NCBI RefSeq assembly: GCF_009914755.1
Contig: NC_060930.1
Source: the human T2T-CHM13v2.0 reference genome, Homo sapiens
Reading direction: 5' to 3' (one strand)
Length of the DNA stretch: 64,000 bases
Part shown: positions 21,974-42,221 of the stretch, one piece after another
How positions within the stretch are numbered: position 1 is the first letter of the stretch
Layout: each line of letters opens with the position of its first letter
Made by a program: the position numbers and the translations under genes
The notes under the pieces: generated by a model
Database searches by the model: none
What the model saw: only the letters and a program-made list of their open reading frames with translations
Told to the model about the DNA's origin: nothing

Positions 21974-22176
21974 ACTTTACATACATTCTTTAGATCAGGG
22001 GTGGCAAACTGGTCAAATCTGTCTACCTGTTTTTGTAAATAAAATTTTAATGAAACAGCCATCATGTCCATATTGTCTATGGCTGCCTTCCTGCTACAGT
22101 AGTGGCAGAGACTGACCACAAGCCTAAAATATTTACTTTGTAGCGCTTTATGGAAAATTTGCTGACTCTACTCCAG
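21974..22176. mobile_element. MER58A-type DNA transposon inside a MIR
   Basis: caggggtggcaaact...tttttgtaaataaaattttaatgaaacagcc...aagcctaaaatatttact...aaatttgctgactc. Confidence 0.7.
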
Positions 22177-22496
22177 ATTAGTCCTTACAACTATTATCCT
22201 TGTTTTACAGATGAGGAAACTGAGGCTTAGAAAGCTTAGGTAACTTGCTCAGGTTCACATTGCTAGGAGGTAGTGAGCTGAGATGATTTCTATATGTGTA
22301 TTAACTGACAGAAAAGCCTATGACTGCCGCTGAAGAGTACACCATTAGGGAGAACTTGTGCAAGGAGTCTGTTTTCCTACTCGCCCATTTAAGCAGGATA
22401 GAACCTGAGGTGTCTTCTTTGGGTTTCGGAATAAACCCATTTTAATTGCTTCATTATTGGGGAGAAATCAAGCATTCTAAAGAACTGAATTAGTAA

Positions 22497-22715
<219 letters not shown>

Positions 22716-23524
22716 TAGCCAGGATGGTCTCGATCTCCTGACCTCATGATCCGCCCGCCTCGGCCTTCCAAAGTGCTGGGACTACAGGCGTGAGCCACGG
22801 CGCCCGGCCCAGGTATCTATTTCGTTTTTAATAAACAGCACCTCACGTGTGAAAGCCTATCCTGGTGATCAAAGTGGGTTGCCTGTGGGTTACCTGGTGA
22901 TTGCCTGTGAGTTACCTGGAAGCGTAGCTTTTGGTGTGCAAACATGAGACCACATTGAAAGTTTATGAGAAGCTATGGGATGGGAACTCTAAATAGGTTT
23001 TTGATCTAGATTTTTGTTGCCTTTTATCTACAAACAAATGGGAAAAAAACTAAGTGTCCTCTACCCAACAATTTATTTGGTTGTCTGAGTGTAGGAAATC
23101 AGACTAATTTCCCAGAGGTCATGGGCATTAATCATGTTCCTGAATTTGTTTACAAATTTTATAAACAAGAGGAATGGGAGTAATTCAGTTGTATTGATAA
23201 CTTTTTTTTTTTCAAAAAGGGCTTGAAGAAAAGATAGAAAAATGTTAACAAATCTTGCCAAATGTATGTAGGTGATGGGGCGTATGTATTATATTAAGTT
23301 TGTGCTTCCCTATGTTTGGAATTTTTCATTAAAAAACTTTTTTTTACATTAAAACAAAATAGGGCTGGGTGTGGTGGCTCACACCTGTAATCACTTTGGG
23401 GAGCCAAGGTGGGCGGATCACTTGAGGAGACTGCCTATTTAAAAGAACCCTTTGGTAATCCTTTGTAAATACTTACTTCTGATTGTCTTCTATATACATC
23501 CAGATTTCATATATCTAGTTTTAA

Positions 23525-23686
<162 letters not shown>

Positions 23687-23728
23687 TGATAGCTGGAATT
23701 ACAGGCACCCACCACCACTTCTGGCTAA

Positions 23729-23902
<174 letters not shown>

Positions 23903-24145
23903 TAGTAGAGACGGGGCTTCACCATGTTAGCCAGGATGGTCTCGATCTCCTGACCTCAGATGATCTGCCCACCTTGGCTTCCCAAAGTGCTGGGACTACA
24001 GGCGTGAGCCACCGCACCCGGCCTATTTTTAAGTGCTCTCACGTCCTTAATTTCAGTTTATAAGTGAAACAGCCCTGTGAGGTATATGGAGTGAACATTA
24101 TTTATCCTCAATATAGATGATGGACCAGGTAGAAAAATTAAATAA

Positions 24146-24473
<328 letters not shown>

Positions 24474-24722
24474 TTAAATAAATTGCTTAAAGAAAACAGC
24501 TTTTTGGTGATACTAAGAAACAGATTTCATGAATGAATCCTAATGCCATTTGCACTGGAACTTTTCTGCTGAGAGTAAGACCTGCCGTTTTGAAAAAATA
24601 GTGTAGGTGATGTTAGGATTCTCCTGTACATAGTGAAAATGCCTTTTACTGTGAATTTCTAGGAAAAGTAATATATTGGAAAATTAAAGACTATCATTAT
24701 CCCTTCTGAAAAATAAAATTTT

Positions 24723-24932
24723 GTTTTGTTTTGTTTTTGTTTTGTTTTGTTTTATTATAAGTTTTAGGGTACATGTGCACATTGTGCAGGTTAGTTACAT
24801 ATGTATACATGTGCCATGCTGGTGCGCTGCACCCACTAACTCATCATCTAGCATTAGCTATATCTCCCGATGCTATCCCTCCCCCCTCCCCCCACCCCAC
24901 AACAGTCACCAGAGTGTAATATTCCCCTTCCT
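24723..24932 (-). mobile_element. 5'-truncated young L1 3' end (L1PA2-like)
   Basis: Reverse strand GGGGTGGGGGGAGGGGGGAGGGATAGCATCGGGAGATATAGCTAATGCTAGATGATGAGTTAGTGGGTGCAGCGCACCAGCATGGCACATG; TSD TAAAATTTT at 24714-24722 and 24932-24940. Confidence 0.88.
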
Positions 24933-25378
24933 AAAATTTTAAAACAATTTTGAAGAATCTGAAAATGAATAGTTTTGGCACATATTAGTAGCAGGTTCCT
25001 TAAATAAAACACGGGAAATATAAAAGTATTATTTAGCAATAGAAGTGAAAACAAGTAAAAAGTGATTGCCTCTGAACCAACACCAGGGAAGGTATAGGGA
25101 ATAGCAGGGGAGACTGCTGGGCCTCCACATAAATTCTTCTCTACTGTTTTTCTTAACCATATACATAGTTTACTTTAGAAAATTTAAATAACGTTCAAGT
25201 GTGGGCATCCTGCCTTCATCCTCTCCCTCCCCCAACCCTCACATGTACATGGAAGAGATCCAATATAAGTCTCTAGTTTTTTTGTTTGCTTGCTTTTTAC
25301 TTGCTGTAGGCAAGAGGTTTTTTTTTTGCCTGTGAACATCTAAAATTTGGGGGTTTTTTGTTTGTTTACTTGTTTTAA

Positions 25379-26147
<769 letters not shown>

Positions 26148-27068
26148 TCATACATTTGTGAAAGGGAGGGCAAGCTGGTAAAAGCCTAATACATGTTGGT
26201 ATTTCGGGGTGGGGAGAGTACTTCATTTACAAAGCCAGTATAGTAAAATGAGCCCCACAAAAGGAAATAAAATCTATTTGGAAACTATGAAAAAATAACC
26301 TGCTAAATCTCATTCTCTGCTCCTCTACAAATTCACTCTAAGTAATGTTTTCAGAGTTTCACAGGTCAAAGATGTTGGGGGTAAGGTGAGACCTAAATCT
26401 TGCTCCCTTTTTAAAAAAAAAAATAACAGTATTAGGCAAATGTTCTGCATGGCACAAGAACAAAGCTATTTTACTGAAAAGCATTTCCCTGCCATCTATT
26501 GCAAGTTTTATGCTTGGCAACAGATGCTATACTGTCATTTTCTAATGCCTTCCATTACTATTCAAGTTTTTTGAAATGGAATCTTTAAATAGAATCTTTA
26601 AACCTAGTTGTTTTGTTGTTTGTTTCATAATTGCCCTCTTTATTCTTCATGGTCCATTCTCTGTGCTGCTTCATTCAGATTTATCTCCTCTTAACCGTCT
26701 CTGGCCCCCAGAGTTTTAGGGTTAGAGTTTAGGAAATGGAAATAGCCTACTAAGGAGGAACACTGTCCAGGAAGGAGTCTCAGAGCCTGGGCTAGGAGTA
26801 AAGAGATTGTCTTTCTGGCCAACCATAGACCTTAACCTAAGGAAGAGCAAATTGGGATAAGAGTAAAAATAGTAATAATAATGATATTATACATGTAGAT
26901 TTGGCTTTTGATCATTTTCATCTACTTAGAAGTAGATTTTATTTTGTTTAGAGATCTAACTCAGGACTTTGAATTAATTAAACTGAGTTAGAAATTCGAA
27001 TTGATCACACTAATTTATTGAATTCTAGGCTAAATAGAATCCAGCCATTCAAATATATGTGTATTTGA

Positions 27069-27327
<259 letters not shown>

Positions 27328-28139
27328 TGATCCGCCCACCTTAGCCTCCCAAAGTGCTGGGATTACAGGCATGAGCCACTGTGCCTGGCCACAGCGAACC
27401 ACTTTTTAATTAGAACCAAACCTGTCTACATATTTCTTAAACATCTGAATTAAGATAAAAGTAGAACATTAAAACATTTTCCAGACTGGCCCTCTATTTT
27501 TTATCAGGTTTGACTTCCTGTTCTCAGTTTGGGTATTACCATCATTCCCACCCCCTGAAAAAAGTGTTTCTCAGTGCAGGCTGGCTGTTTTAGGTATGTT
27601 GCCTCTGAAAGTAGTGATCAAGAGAAGAAAGGCAAATGTTTTCTGGGTAACAGATTCTTGGGTGACACTGGTTTTTTGAATCTTGGAATGGGTTGTCCCA
27701 TGAAGAGGAGAGTCTGGTTCTTTATCTGTATGGTTCATTCAGCTGAATTGGCAAGGTCGTAAATTCTGTAAGTTATTTAGATTTGTTCTGTTCTGTGGCT
27801 ACCTGTCCTATGATTATATACAGTACTTGTAAGCCTAGCCAGTGAGCTTACAGATGTGGGCCACTAGTCACAAGGGGAGAAGCTGAGAGAAAGAGAATGG
27901 ATTAATGCAGATCCATGCCACTACTAAATAAATAACTCTGAGCTGAAGTCCAGCTGATAATAAATGGGGGGATTATAGTTACAATATGTTCACTATTTTT
28001 ATTCAGAGCTCTCTGAGCTAGACTTCATTCAACCAGAGCATTCCAGAAAAACATCTGCATTCTTTGGAGGCTTTTATCAAGATGGAATTCTTATGTGTGG
28101 TACAGTTATTTGGGAAGCATGTGAAATGGAATCATTTTC

Positions 28140-28861
<722 letters not shown>

Positions 28862-29640
28862 TTAACCCCCATTTGATTGGGAAGTCAAATCTTAGGCTGG
28901 TTGAAGATAGCAGCTGCCTGCCCTATCCTTTGTGTTATCTAACCATTCCACAGCTCATACACAGAAGTGCAGCAGGAGTGGAAGTCATGGGGTCATTTAG
29001 ACTGCAAGGGATCTGATAGAGGGAGGAAGGATGGGGAGAGGCAAATAAGAAAAGCTCTTCTCCCTGTACCCTCATGACTTCTGAGTTCATGCTGACAGCA
29101 AGCCTGTCTCTCTGAAATGCAGTAAACTGCTGATAAGCCTAATACCTACTACCCTCCTTTTCTACTTGATCTGAAAATCCCATCATTAATTATTCTTTGT
29201 ATTGAGTAAGGCCATTTTTCCCCCAGAGCTCGACTATTAAGACATACCAAGAAAGCATTAACATAGCTGCATCTAACAGAAGATGAGATGTTGAAAAGTA
29301 AAGCTCAGAAATATTGATGAATGGCATATTAGATAGGTCAGTATTGACAGATGAGGGGACAGGAATAAAAAGGAGCCTAGATGCTGTCTTTCTGAGCTGT
29401 CAGTATAGAAAAGCAGGTTCTTGGGCAGTGGGGAGGGCATGAAAGGCCACCATCTCAACACAGATATTTTCCAAGGGCCACCTCTGCAGTTGCTATTTAC
29501 TGCATTTACTGCCAAAGAAACTCACTACAGATGAACTTTGTGGACTTGATCCTTCATTCTTCTTTGTACACAAATGCTTAAAGCAATTGCCTTTTTTTCC
29601 TGTCTGAAGGGAGCTTCCTAAGACTTGAGGTGTCTTGTAG

Positions 29641-29940
<300 letters not shown>

Positions 29941-30157
29941 TAGCCTTGAGAGTTCCATCAACTATGTTATTGACTTTAGGGTCTCTGGTTTCCAGTTGTT
30001 TCCTTTCTCCCTTTGTTTTCTATTCCTGTAACTTTTAAGTCCTTGCTTGTTTGTATGTGAGCTCTATCAGTTACCAAGTTCTGGTTAAACAAGTCAAGAT
30101 AGCCAGGAGCTGTTTTGCCATCTAATGAATCATCCAATTTGGTGATAATTCCAGTAG

Positions 30158-30412
<255 letters not shown>

Positions 30413-30440
30413 TGAACTTTCAGTTTTCTTGGAAGTCACC

Positions 30441-30474
<34 letters not shown>

Positions 30475-31183
30475 AGACAGAGTCTCGCTCTGTCGCCGAG
30501 GCTGGAGTGCAGTGGCACGATCTCGGCTTACCGCAACCTCCGCCTCCTGGGTTCAAGGGATTTTCCCTGCCTCAGCCTCCCAAGTAGCTGGGATTACACA
30601 TACCTGCCACCACACCTGGCTAATTTTTGTATTTTTAGTAGAGATAGGGTTTTGCCATGTTGGCCGAGCTGGTTTTGAACTCCTGACCTCAGGTGATCCG
30701 CCCGCCCTCAGCCTCCCAATGTGCTGGGATTACAGGCGTGAGCCACCAAGCCCAGCTGATATTTTCTATTACTAAACAGAAGGAGTTTCAAGTTTAGGTT
30801 GAAAATCTTCTGCAGAGGCAGAGATGTGATACTAACTAACCCTTTTCCTCTCTTAGTTCAAAGCACTGTGAGGAACTGGAGTAGACAAAGGAAAACAGAT
30901 AGTAGTTTCTAAATGGAGCCTGACCAGTGGGAGACCAAGCTGACTGCTTCCCTCTTGGGACTTTGGTGTCTCGACTCTAACAAACAAGGATACTGATTGT
31001 CCAACATGAGGAACAGTTCACTAATAAAGTCAAACAGCACAAATTGGCCAGGTTCTCCTGATCATGATATTGCCTTTTTTTTTTTTTTTTTTTTTTTAAT
31101 TTGAGATGGGGTCTTGCTACTATGTTGCTCAGGCTGGTCTCAAACTTCTGGCCTCAAGCAGTCCTCCCACCTCAGCCTCCTGA

Positions 31184-31453
<270 letters not shown>

Positions 31454-32176
31454 TGATCTGCCACCTCGGCCTCCCAAAGTGCCGAGGTTACAGGCATGAG
31501 CCACTGCACCCGGCCTATTATTATTAACTTAGTGTTTGCTAAGTGCTTTATAGATACGGACTTGCTTAAATCTTATAATAGTCCTGAAAGATGGGTGATA
31601 ACCTCATTTAAGAAATTAGCTTATTCAGAGCTCTAGGCATTAAGGCCAGGATGAGAACTCAGATTGTCTGACTGCAAACTCCATGCTCTTATTACCTGGG
31701 CTTCCTGAAATTATATAAATAACTATTCTCTGAATTTCATGATACATTTCCCTGCATGTTGCATGAAAGCCCCTGTACATGTGATTTCTTTACTGAGTGT
31801 ATTACACATTTAGAGTAAGTCCTTTGGTGTCACCAAAATTCAGATTATTCCTCTATTATGGTACTCTAACTCCATGAAATCAGGATCCAAACCATCTTCA
31901 GAAGAGGTACTACAAAGAATCATCCCCAAATGATGATTTCATCTCTTATAGGATTAACATGGTCTGACCTTGTAAGTCCAACAAAACCTCGATCAGAATG
32001 CTCAAGGATTATTAAACATGAGTAAATTGAAGAGTGGTAGAATAGGAGACATACCTTAACAAAGCTTAATTATCACCCTGGAGCAGGAAACAATCTCTTT
32101 GCCTTTAAATGTGCCACTTCTCTGAACCTCATCAATGATAACAGCCATTCCCTCATAGTCTTTTTCACTCCAGTAA

Positions 32177-32503
<327 letters not shown>

Positions 32504-33299
32504 TGAATATCAATGTTGAGCCTGTGATGAGCACACTCACCTGGATGACAAATCCCTAGTGACGCAGGTCTAGCCTTTATGCTGGGGAACACAGTGAATG
32601 TTGTTCACCATTCACTCTTTCTCTGGTGTCTCGTACTGTGTAAGATACTGAGGCAGCACATTAAATGATGGTGTCATTCTTCTCTTAATTCATTTTAAAT
32701 CCTTTTGAATTGGTAATAAGTCAAAATTCAAAAAACATAAAAGGATATACACTAAAAAGTCTTATTCTCACTCCTGCCCCATCTATCCAGTTTTGCTTCT
32801 CAATTTCTTTTACAGGCTTCCAGGTATATTCAGTGTACATATATAACCAATTACTTGTTTTCTCCTCCTTTTTCAAATGTACCATATTATACAACTGTTC
32901 GGTGCCATGTGTTAACAAAAATCTTCGACATTCTGGGCCGGGCGCGGTAGCTCATGCCTGTAATCCCAGCACTTTGGGAGGCCGAGGCAGGCGAATCATG
33001 AGGTCAGGAGTTCAAGACCAGTCTGGCCAACATAGTGAAAGCCCATCTCTACTAAAAATACAAAAAATAAGCCAGGCATGGTGGCGTGCGCCTGTAGTCC
33101 CAGCTACTCAGGAGGCTGAGGCAGGAGAATCAGGTGAACCTGGGAGGCGGCGGTTGCAGTGAGCCGAGATCACGCCATTGCGCTCCAGCCCGGGCGACAG
33201 TGTGAGACTCCATCTCAAAAAAACAAAAGAAAAATCTTCAACATTCTTTTTTGTGGCTCTATAGTGTTCCTTTGCACAAATGTGCCATAATTGACTTAA

Positions 33300-33671
<372 letters not shown>

Positions 33672-34393
33672 TCAGGAGGCTGAGAGGCAGGAGAATCATT
33701 TGAACCCAGGAGGCAGACGTTGCAGTGAGCCGAGATCATGCCATTGCACTACAGCCTGGGTAACAGAGCGAGACTCCGTCTCAAAAAAAAAAAAAAAAAA
33801 ATTATACCTTTATAATTTTGATAGATGTTGCCAAATTATCCTCCATAAAATTTGTACCAATTTACACTCAGAAAACAATACATGACAGGTTTGTTTCCTA
33901 CCCCCTCACCAAAACAGTGGCTTTTTCTTTTTTTTTTTTTTTTTTTTTTGAGACAGAGTCCCACCTCCTGGGTTCAAGTGATTCTCATGCCTCAACCTCC
34001 CAAGAAGCTGGGACTACAGGTGCGTGCCACCACGTCCGGCTAATTTTTGTATTATTAATAGAAACGGGGTTTCACCATGTTGGCCAGGCTGGTCTCAAAT
34101 TCCTGACCTCAAATGATCCACCCGCCTCAGCCTCCCAAGTGCTGGGATTGCAGGCACCATGGCTGGCCAACAGTGGCTTCTTAAAAAATTTTTTTACAGA
34201 TAGAATCTTGCTCTTTCACCCAGGCTGGAGAGCAGTGGTGCAATCATGGCTCACTGCAGCCTCAAACTCCTAGTCTTAAGTGATTCTCCCATCTCAGCCT
34301 CCAAGTAGCCTGGGCTGCAGGTGTGTGCCACCATGATTGGCTAATTTTTTTTTTAATTTTGTGTAGAAATGGGTTCTATGTTGCCTTGCCTAG

Positions 34394-34879
<486 letters not shown>

Positions 34880-35355
34880 TGAGCCACCACACCCAGCCAA
34901 AACCTTTTTAGTTTTCAAGAGCCATTGTAATTTCCTTTTTTGTTAATAGTGTTTGTGCCTTTTGCCCATTACAAAATCAGATTGTTAGTTTTTTACTTAG
35001 TGATTTGTGAAAGCTCTATTTGTGGCAGCTCTTTCTAATTAAGGAAATTAACCTTTTATGAGTTGCAAATATTTTCTTATTCAGTGTCTTTTTAGCTTTG
35101 GTAAACGGTTTAGGCTATGCAGAGATGTTGTATTTCTAAAATCATCAGTTTTTCTTTTATGGCTTCTAGGTTTAATGTTGTACCCAGAAAGTCCCCACCC
35201 TGAGACTATAAAAATTTCTCTTACGGTTTATGTATTATTTAACATTTAATCTTTGATCCATCTGGATTATTTGGGATTAGGAGTCAAGTATATCCTTCAT
35301 TAGTTTGATTTTGTTAGCTTCTCTCTTTCCTCTTAGGTCTTTACTCCATGGCTAA

Positions 35356-35559
<204 letters not shown>

Positions 35560-36044
35560 TAGCCTCCAGAGGCCTAGAAAATAGGCATACATGAAAACCA
35601 CATTCTTACTCAAGTTTGAATGTTCCTGTTTTTTCCTCATTTTTCTTTTCATTTTATCTCCAGTTGAAAATGGTTCAAAGCAGCCACAGAAACAAGTTCG
35701 AGTTTACTACTTCAGGATAAAGAGCAGCAAGGGCAAAGGACAGTGGTAGGGAGATACAGCAGGGCTTGTGGGCTCACCAGATGAGAGCGTCGTTCTGCCA
35801 CCAGTCTTGGTGAAGATGTTTCTGGTATCTGGAAGGGTCCTTCTGAAAAAATAGCTTGGGGACTCAAAATTAAAGATTATTCCGGCTGGGCACAGTTTGT
35901 TGTGCCTATGATCCCAGCACTTTGGGATACCAAGGTAATTGCACTCCAGCCTGGGCAATAAGAGTTAAACTTCATCTCAAAAAAAAAAAAAGATTATTCC
36001 ATACTTTTGAGGAATGTCTGAATATATTAACAGAACTACTTTGA

Positions 36045-36362
<318 letters not shown>

Positions 36363-37524
36363 TAGCCAGGATGGTCTCAATCTCCTGACCTCGTGATCCG
36401 CCGCCTCGGCCTCCCTAAGTGCTGGGATTACAGATGTGAGCCACGGCGCCTGGCCCCCTATGTGGATCTTTGTTTGACTCTTGTGCTTTGCTACTCTTGT
36501 TGCCTCATTTCTGCCCACAGAACCCATCAAAGCTTCACTGTGTCTGACTTAAGTTGAATTTAAAGTTGGAGGACTTTTTTTTTTAAGAGACAGGGTCTCA
36601 CTCTTCTGCTTACACTGGAGTACAGTGACACAATCATGGCTCACTGCAGCCTTACCTTCCTGGGCTCAAGTGGTCCTCCTGCCTCAGCCTTCCAAGTAGC
36701 AGAGACCACAGGCATGCACCACTATGCTCCACTATTTTTTTTTAACCTTTTTTCTAAGAGATGAGGTCTCCCTCTGGCCCAGGCTGGTTTTGAACTCCTG
36801 GACTCAAGCGATCCTCCTGCCTTGGCCTCCCAAAGTGCTAGGATTACAGGTGTGAGCGACAGTGTCCAGCCTTGGAAGACATTTTTGAGATTATCTATTA
36901 AATCTCCTCCTACTCGGTCTTTCCCTTGTCTGTTAGGTGCATTTCCCAGAACAACCCATCAAACTGTTTTACCATTAGAACATTCTGCCATACATATTTA
37001 ATAGATAACGGCCTCCCTCTCCTGCCTGCCTTCCAGTTAATAGCCTCTGAAGCTACTTTGACTATTTTTCCCATTTCCATGTGACAGCCTTTCACATATT
37101 TTAGGCAGCATCTCTGTTTTTTCTTTAGGCTAAACATTCCACATTTCCTTAACTGTTTCTCATATAGTATGCCCTCTAAGCAATAGAATTAAGAGGACTA
37201 GGGTAGCCATGCTTTGGCAGGACTTTTCTTCTATGGTATTGTTGCCAGCAACAACAGGTTCCTGAACTGGTAAGAGGCTTCTCTCCTCTTTCCATTAGAA
37301 GGGATAGAATTCTTGTTACTTCTCAGATTAGTCCCTTCTAGGGACAAGACCTACTAATCTGACCAGGAAGGAAATGAACATGTAGGTGACTGGGGCTGGG
37401 AAAGCATGGGACAGGGACTGGTCACTTCGCACATATTTTCCATGCTGTGATTTTGGGAGAAAACTGATGTGGTTAGGAAGGAGAAAGTATGGACACCAGA
37501 GTGAGCACAATTTGTTAGTCATGA

Positions 37525-37839
<315 letters not shown>

Positions 37840-39192
37840 GGCCAGCTGTGGGTCTACTCCTTGTTGGAGCCCATCTCACCTGGGATGCCTGCAGCCAGCC
37901 CTCCCTCGTGATTTGTCTCACCTTGAGTAGGAGACATGCTTCTCCCCTAACCTTTTCCTTTCTGCCATAATTAACATATGTCCTTTTCAGTAAGTCCATG
38001 CCTCTGGCAGGGGATGAAGAAGTACTCACTGGTAATTAGCTACCATCTTTGCAGCAGCCCTGGTAACTTGAAAAATTTGGGTCTGGTGCTGTTCATTGAG
38101 TCTTTGTGTAACTGCAAAAGCAGGAAAGGAAGTCAAGACTCCTGTTGCCTCGTGCTTAGCAAAGCAGTCCTTATCCTTTATACTCTGTTCTTGGGTTTTG
38201 TTTTTGTCTTGTTTTATACCAGGCAAATTGCTTAGTAGCAAAGGGACCAAACTGAAAAGGTGACAATCTCTAACTTCTAAAAGCAGACACCAATCGGATG
38301 CTCATTAGAGGTTAATGAAGATGCCATTCTTGGTGGCCTCTGCACCCAAATTGCATCTGGAAAGAACTAGGGTCTCATTCAGAATGTCCAAAAGGAAATT
38401 CTTAAGAGCTTAAATTCAGATTTGTGTCTCATTAATGCAGTGAACAATTCAAAACCACACAGATTCCTTGGCAGGAAGGATAATGGAATAACAGTGTTGA
38501 TGAGACCTTTTTAGCTTCAAGGTTTCGGAGTCTAAACAAATGGATGATTCATTTGGAATGAAACTCACAATGCAAGTAGAAGGACCTCTCCAAATCAGGC
38601 CAGTTGGGTTATCCTGGCTTGGAATCTGGTGTGAAACCATAGGTCTTAACACTCTGGAGCAGCACATTGCTGTGGATATGTCCAGGAGACCTTAGATATG
38701 GCTTAAAGGCTTTCAAGATGAGGACAGAAATTGCTTACAATTGCTCAGTTTCTCAACAGAAAGACTCATAAGAGTGCCAGCATGGGGTACATGGAGTGAA
38801 GCTGGGTGGGAAGCATCATCTGCACAGTCCCTGTCCTAGTGCAGGACTTTTCTCTGTATGTTTTCATACCATGGGATTTTTGGATATCAGTGTATTTTGG
38901 TTCTTGAAATAGCCTAATAGCTGCTCACACATTGGGTAGGAATATTATACCAATGTCATCCCCAAAGGAAGGGTGAGCTGAATGGAAATTAAGCCCAGTC
39001 ATTTTATTTGATCTATTAGCTCTGTTATCAGTGCATGATCACCCAGATCACCCTCCTCAGCCCACACAGTGCTGAACCATCTTCCCTCCTGTTCTCCATG
39101 GCTATTAATAGTATAGCTAAATTTAGAGTGCAGAGCCAGATATAAGTATTTTGGAATTATCTCCCAGTTTGTGGTAGAAGCTGACTGGAATA

Positions 39193-39378
39193 CAGGTTGA
39201 GTATCTCTTATCCAAAATGCTAGGGACCAGAAAGGTTTCAGATTTTTTCAGATTTTGGAATACTTAACAGTTGAGCACCCCAAATCTGAAAGGCTTCTGA
39301 ACGTCATGTCAGCACTCAAAAAAGTGGATTTTGGAGCACTTCAAATTTCGGATTTTTGGATTTGGGATGCTCATCCTG
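39193..39378. mobile_element. Tigger4a/MER46-type MITE
   Basis: TA|CAGGTTGAGTATC ... GATGCTCATCCTG terminal inverted repeats; internal gatttt repeats. Confidence 0.85.
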
Positions 39379-40900
39379 TGTAGGAGAGGCTACTCGATTC
39401 CATTTAATGACTGTCCTAGTCATAATCATCCAAAGATAAAAGCCAGGTAGATGTTGAAAGCTCTTTCCAGGGCTGAAAAAGTGTTCTTACGTTCTCTGCA
39501 TGTGACTAGCATCACTGTGGAAATTAATGCTCTGTTCTTCACTAGAATGTAGTAAGTGGTTAAACTGAGCTATCCCCCACCTGATGACTATTGGCATCCA
39601 TTTGCAAGGCCAATGGCCTGGATTAAGGGTTAGGATTATTTGTAGCTAGAAGGTAATTTTATTTCTGTGAAACTAATTGGCTCATATTTGAGGTTAGGTG
39701 TGGCCTTGACCTTACCAGTACATTTATACCCACTACCAGTTGACTAGCCCAGATAATTGTTAAATGGTGCTTCTTTTCTGCTTCTCAGTAGACTTCCATG
39801 CCATTACAAAGGAAATTTGAATTACCTAGTGTTTGTATATTCCATGATAACTATGTATAACTTCTGTTACACAGCTTATGTATTGTTAACATTTAAGTGT
39901 AAACCATGCCACAGCTAACACTTAAAAATGAAAACTAATTAGTTCTTGCTTAGGGAAAATGCCAGGTATGAAGTATGGCATATACTTGACACTGTCCTGT
40001 GTAACCCTTTACTTTGCTCAGGCTTTCAAGATTGAGTCTTTTTTCCCCCAAATTAGGTTAACATGCATTTGACCCCAACCTGTGGGGTTTGAGTAAGCTG
40101 GAAATCTGTGACGGTAGGCTTTCTAGTGTCACGAGGTGGTGGTGACTGAAGGAAAAGCTGGGATCACAGGTTCCTTCTGATGGAGAGGAAGGTTTATTTC
40201 TATGCCCCTCCCACCACCCTCCACCTAGAGCTCACCCAAGCCTGCTCCAGTCCCAGGGGCAGGCCATTCTGCAAAAGCAGGACCTCACAGAAACAAGGGC
40301 TGGGTTGAGGTCACCCCCTTCAGAGTTGGTTCCTGGCCAGATGGGTAAGAGGCATTTGTAATTTTAAAAATGTGAAACTTGGGTTTGGTGTTTTCTTCTA
40401 AGTGCCTAAATAAGCAAGCCAGGCTGTTGATATTTTAGCCAGAGAAATCGGCAAGCCAAGATTAACCCGAATCTGAAGTTTAGAATCTTGAGTTTGCATC
40501 TGCATCATATCATGCTGTTTTGATGAGGAAACATTTGCCACTGAGGAGTTGGAGGGAGGGCAAGACGACAGTGTTAAGTCAGATCATTTAATGGTTTCCC
40601 CTAAGCCCTGGAAAAATATTTGAAAGAATGGCAGCAAAAAGGTTAAGAAAGCAAGCCAGATTTACTGCACAATATGCAGTACCCAGTACTACTTTAAATC
40701 CCAAGAGAACAGTGTGATGTCTAATATATACAGGTCTATGAAAATACTGTGGAATAAGCCCAGGAAGGTTAGATGTGTTTGCAAATAAGTTGCCCAAAGG
40801 GTCCCCCTCTAAGTAAAACAAATATTCAGACCACAGGCTTTAATGTAAACTGTCAAAAAGTGGGATGTGGAGGATTTTTGTTAAGTGTCAATCGAAGTTA

Positions 40901-41456
<556 letters not shown>

Positions 41457-41786
41457 CTACTGCACTCCAGCCTGGATGACAGGGCAAGACCCTGTCTCAA
41501 TATTTTAAGTCAAGGGTTTGTAGTAATGTATTCAGTGCCACTTCTTGCCATCACTTTGCAATTATTGAAATGGGAATACTGAGCTCAGAAAGCAAATATG
41601 ATGCTTTCATGGGAGATGGAGCCACATTTGTGTTCTGGGTGGGATCACTAGTGCAGGAGAACATTACATTTTCTTCTGAAGGCAAAATGCTTGTAGGTTT
41701 TGCCTCTACTTTGTATTTACTTTTAAAATTGCACTTGTTCACCTACCAGTGTTTACGAAATCCTGTATTTGGGATGCTTTTTCTAT

Positions 41787-41792
41787 AATAAA
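41787..41792 (+). terminator. KCTD20 poly(A) signal AATAAA
   Basis: Upstream TGTA motifs; downstream tttgtgtgtctgttttttttttt. Confidence 0.8.
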
Positions 41793-41927
41793 ATATTATA
41801 ATTTGTGTGTCTGTTTTTTTTTTAGCAGAAAGTAAAATTAGAAATAAAGATGTTGGGCCAGGCGCGGTGGCTCACGCCTGTAATCCCAGTACTTTGGGAG
41901 GCCAAACAGGTGGATCACTTGAGGTCA

Positions 41928-42221
<294 letters not shown>

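Noticed and set aside
22879-22919. 22-bp imperfect tandem repeat
   Set aside because: Ordinary slippage duplication with no further structure
41729-41756. miR-130 and miR-30 7mer sites near the KCTD20 poly(A) signal
   Set aside because: Single 7mers in a 4-kb UTR are expected by chance, and conservation cannot be assessed here
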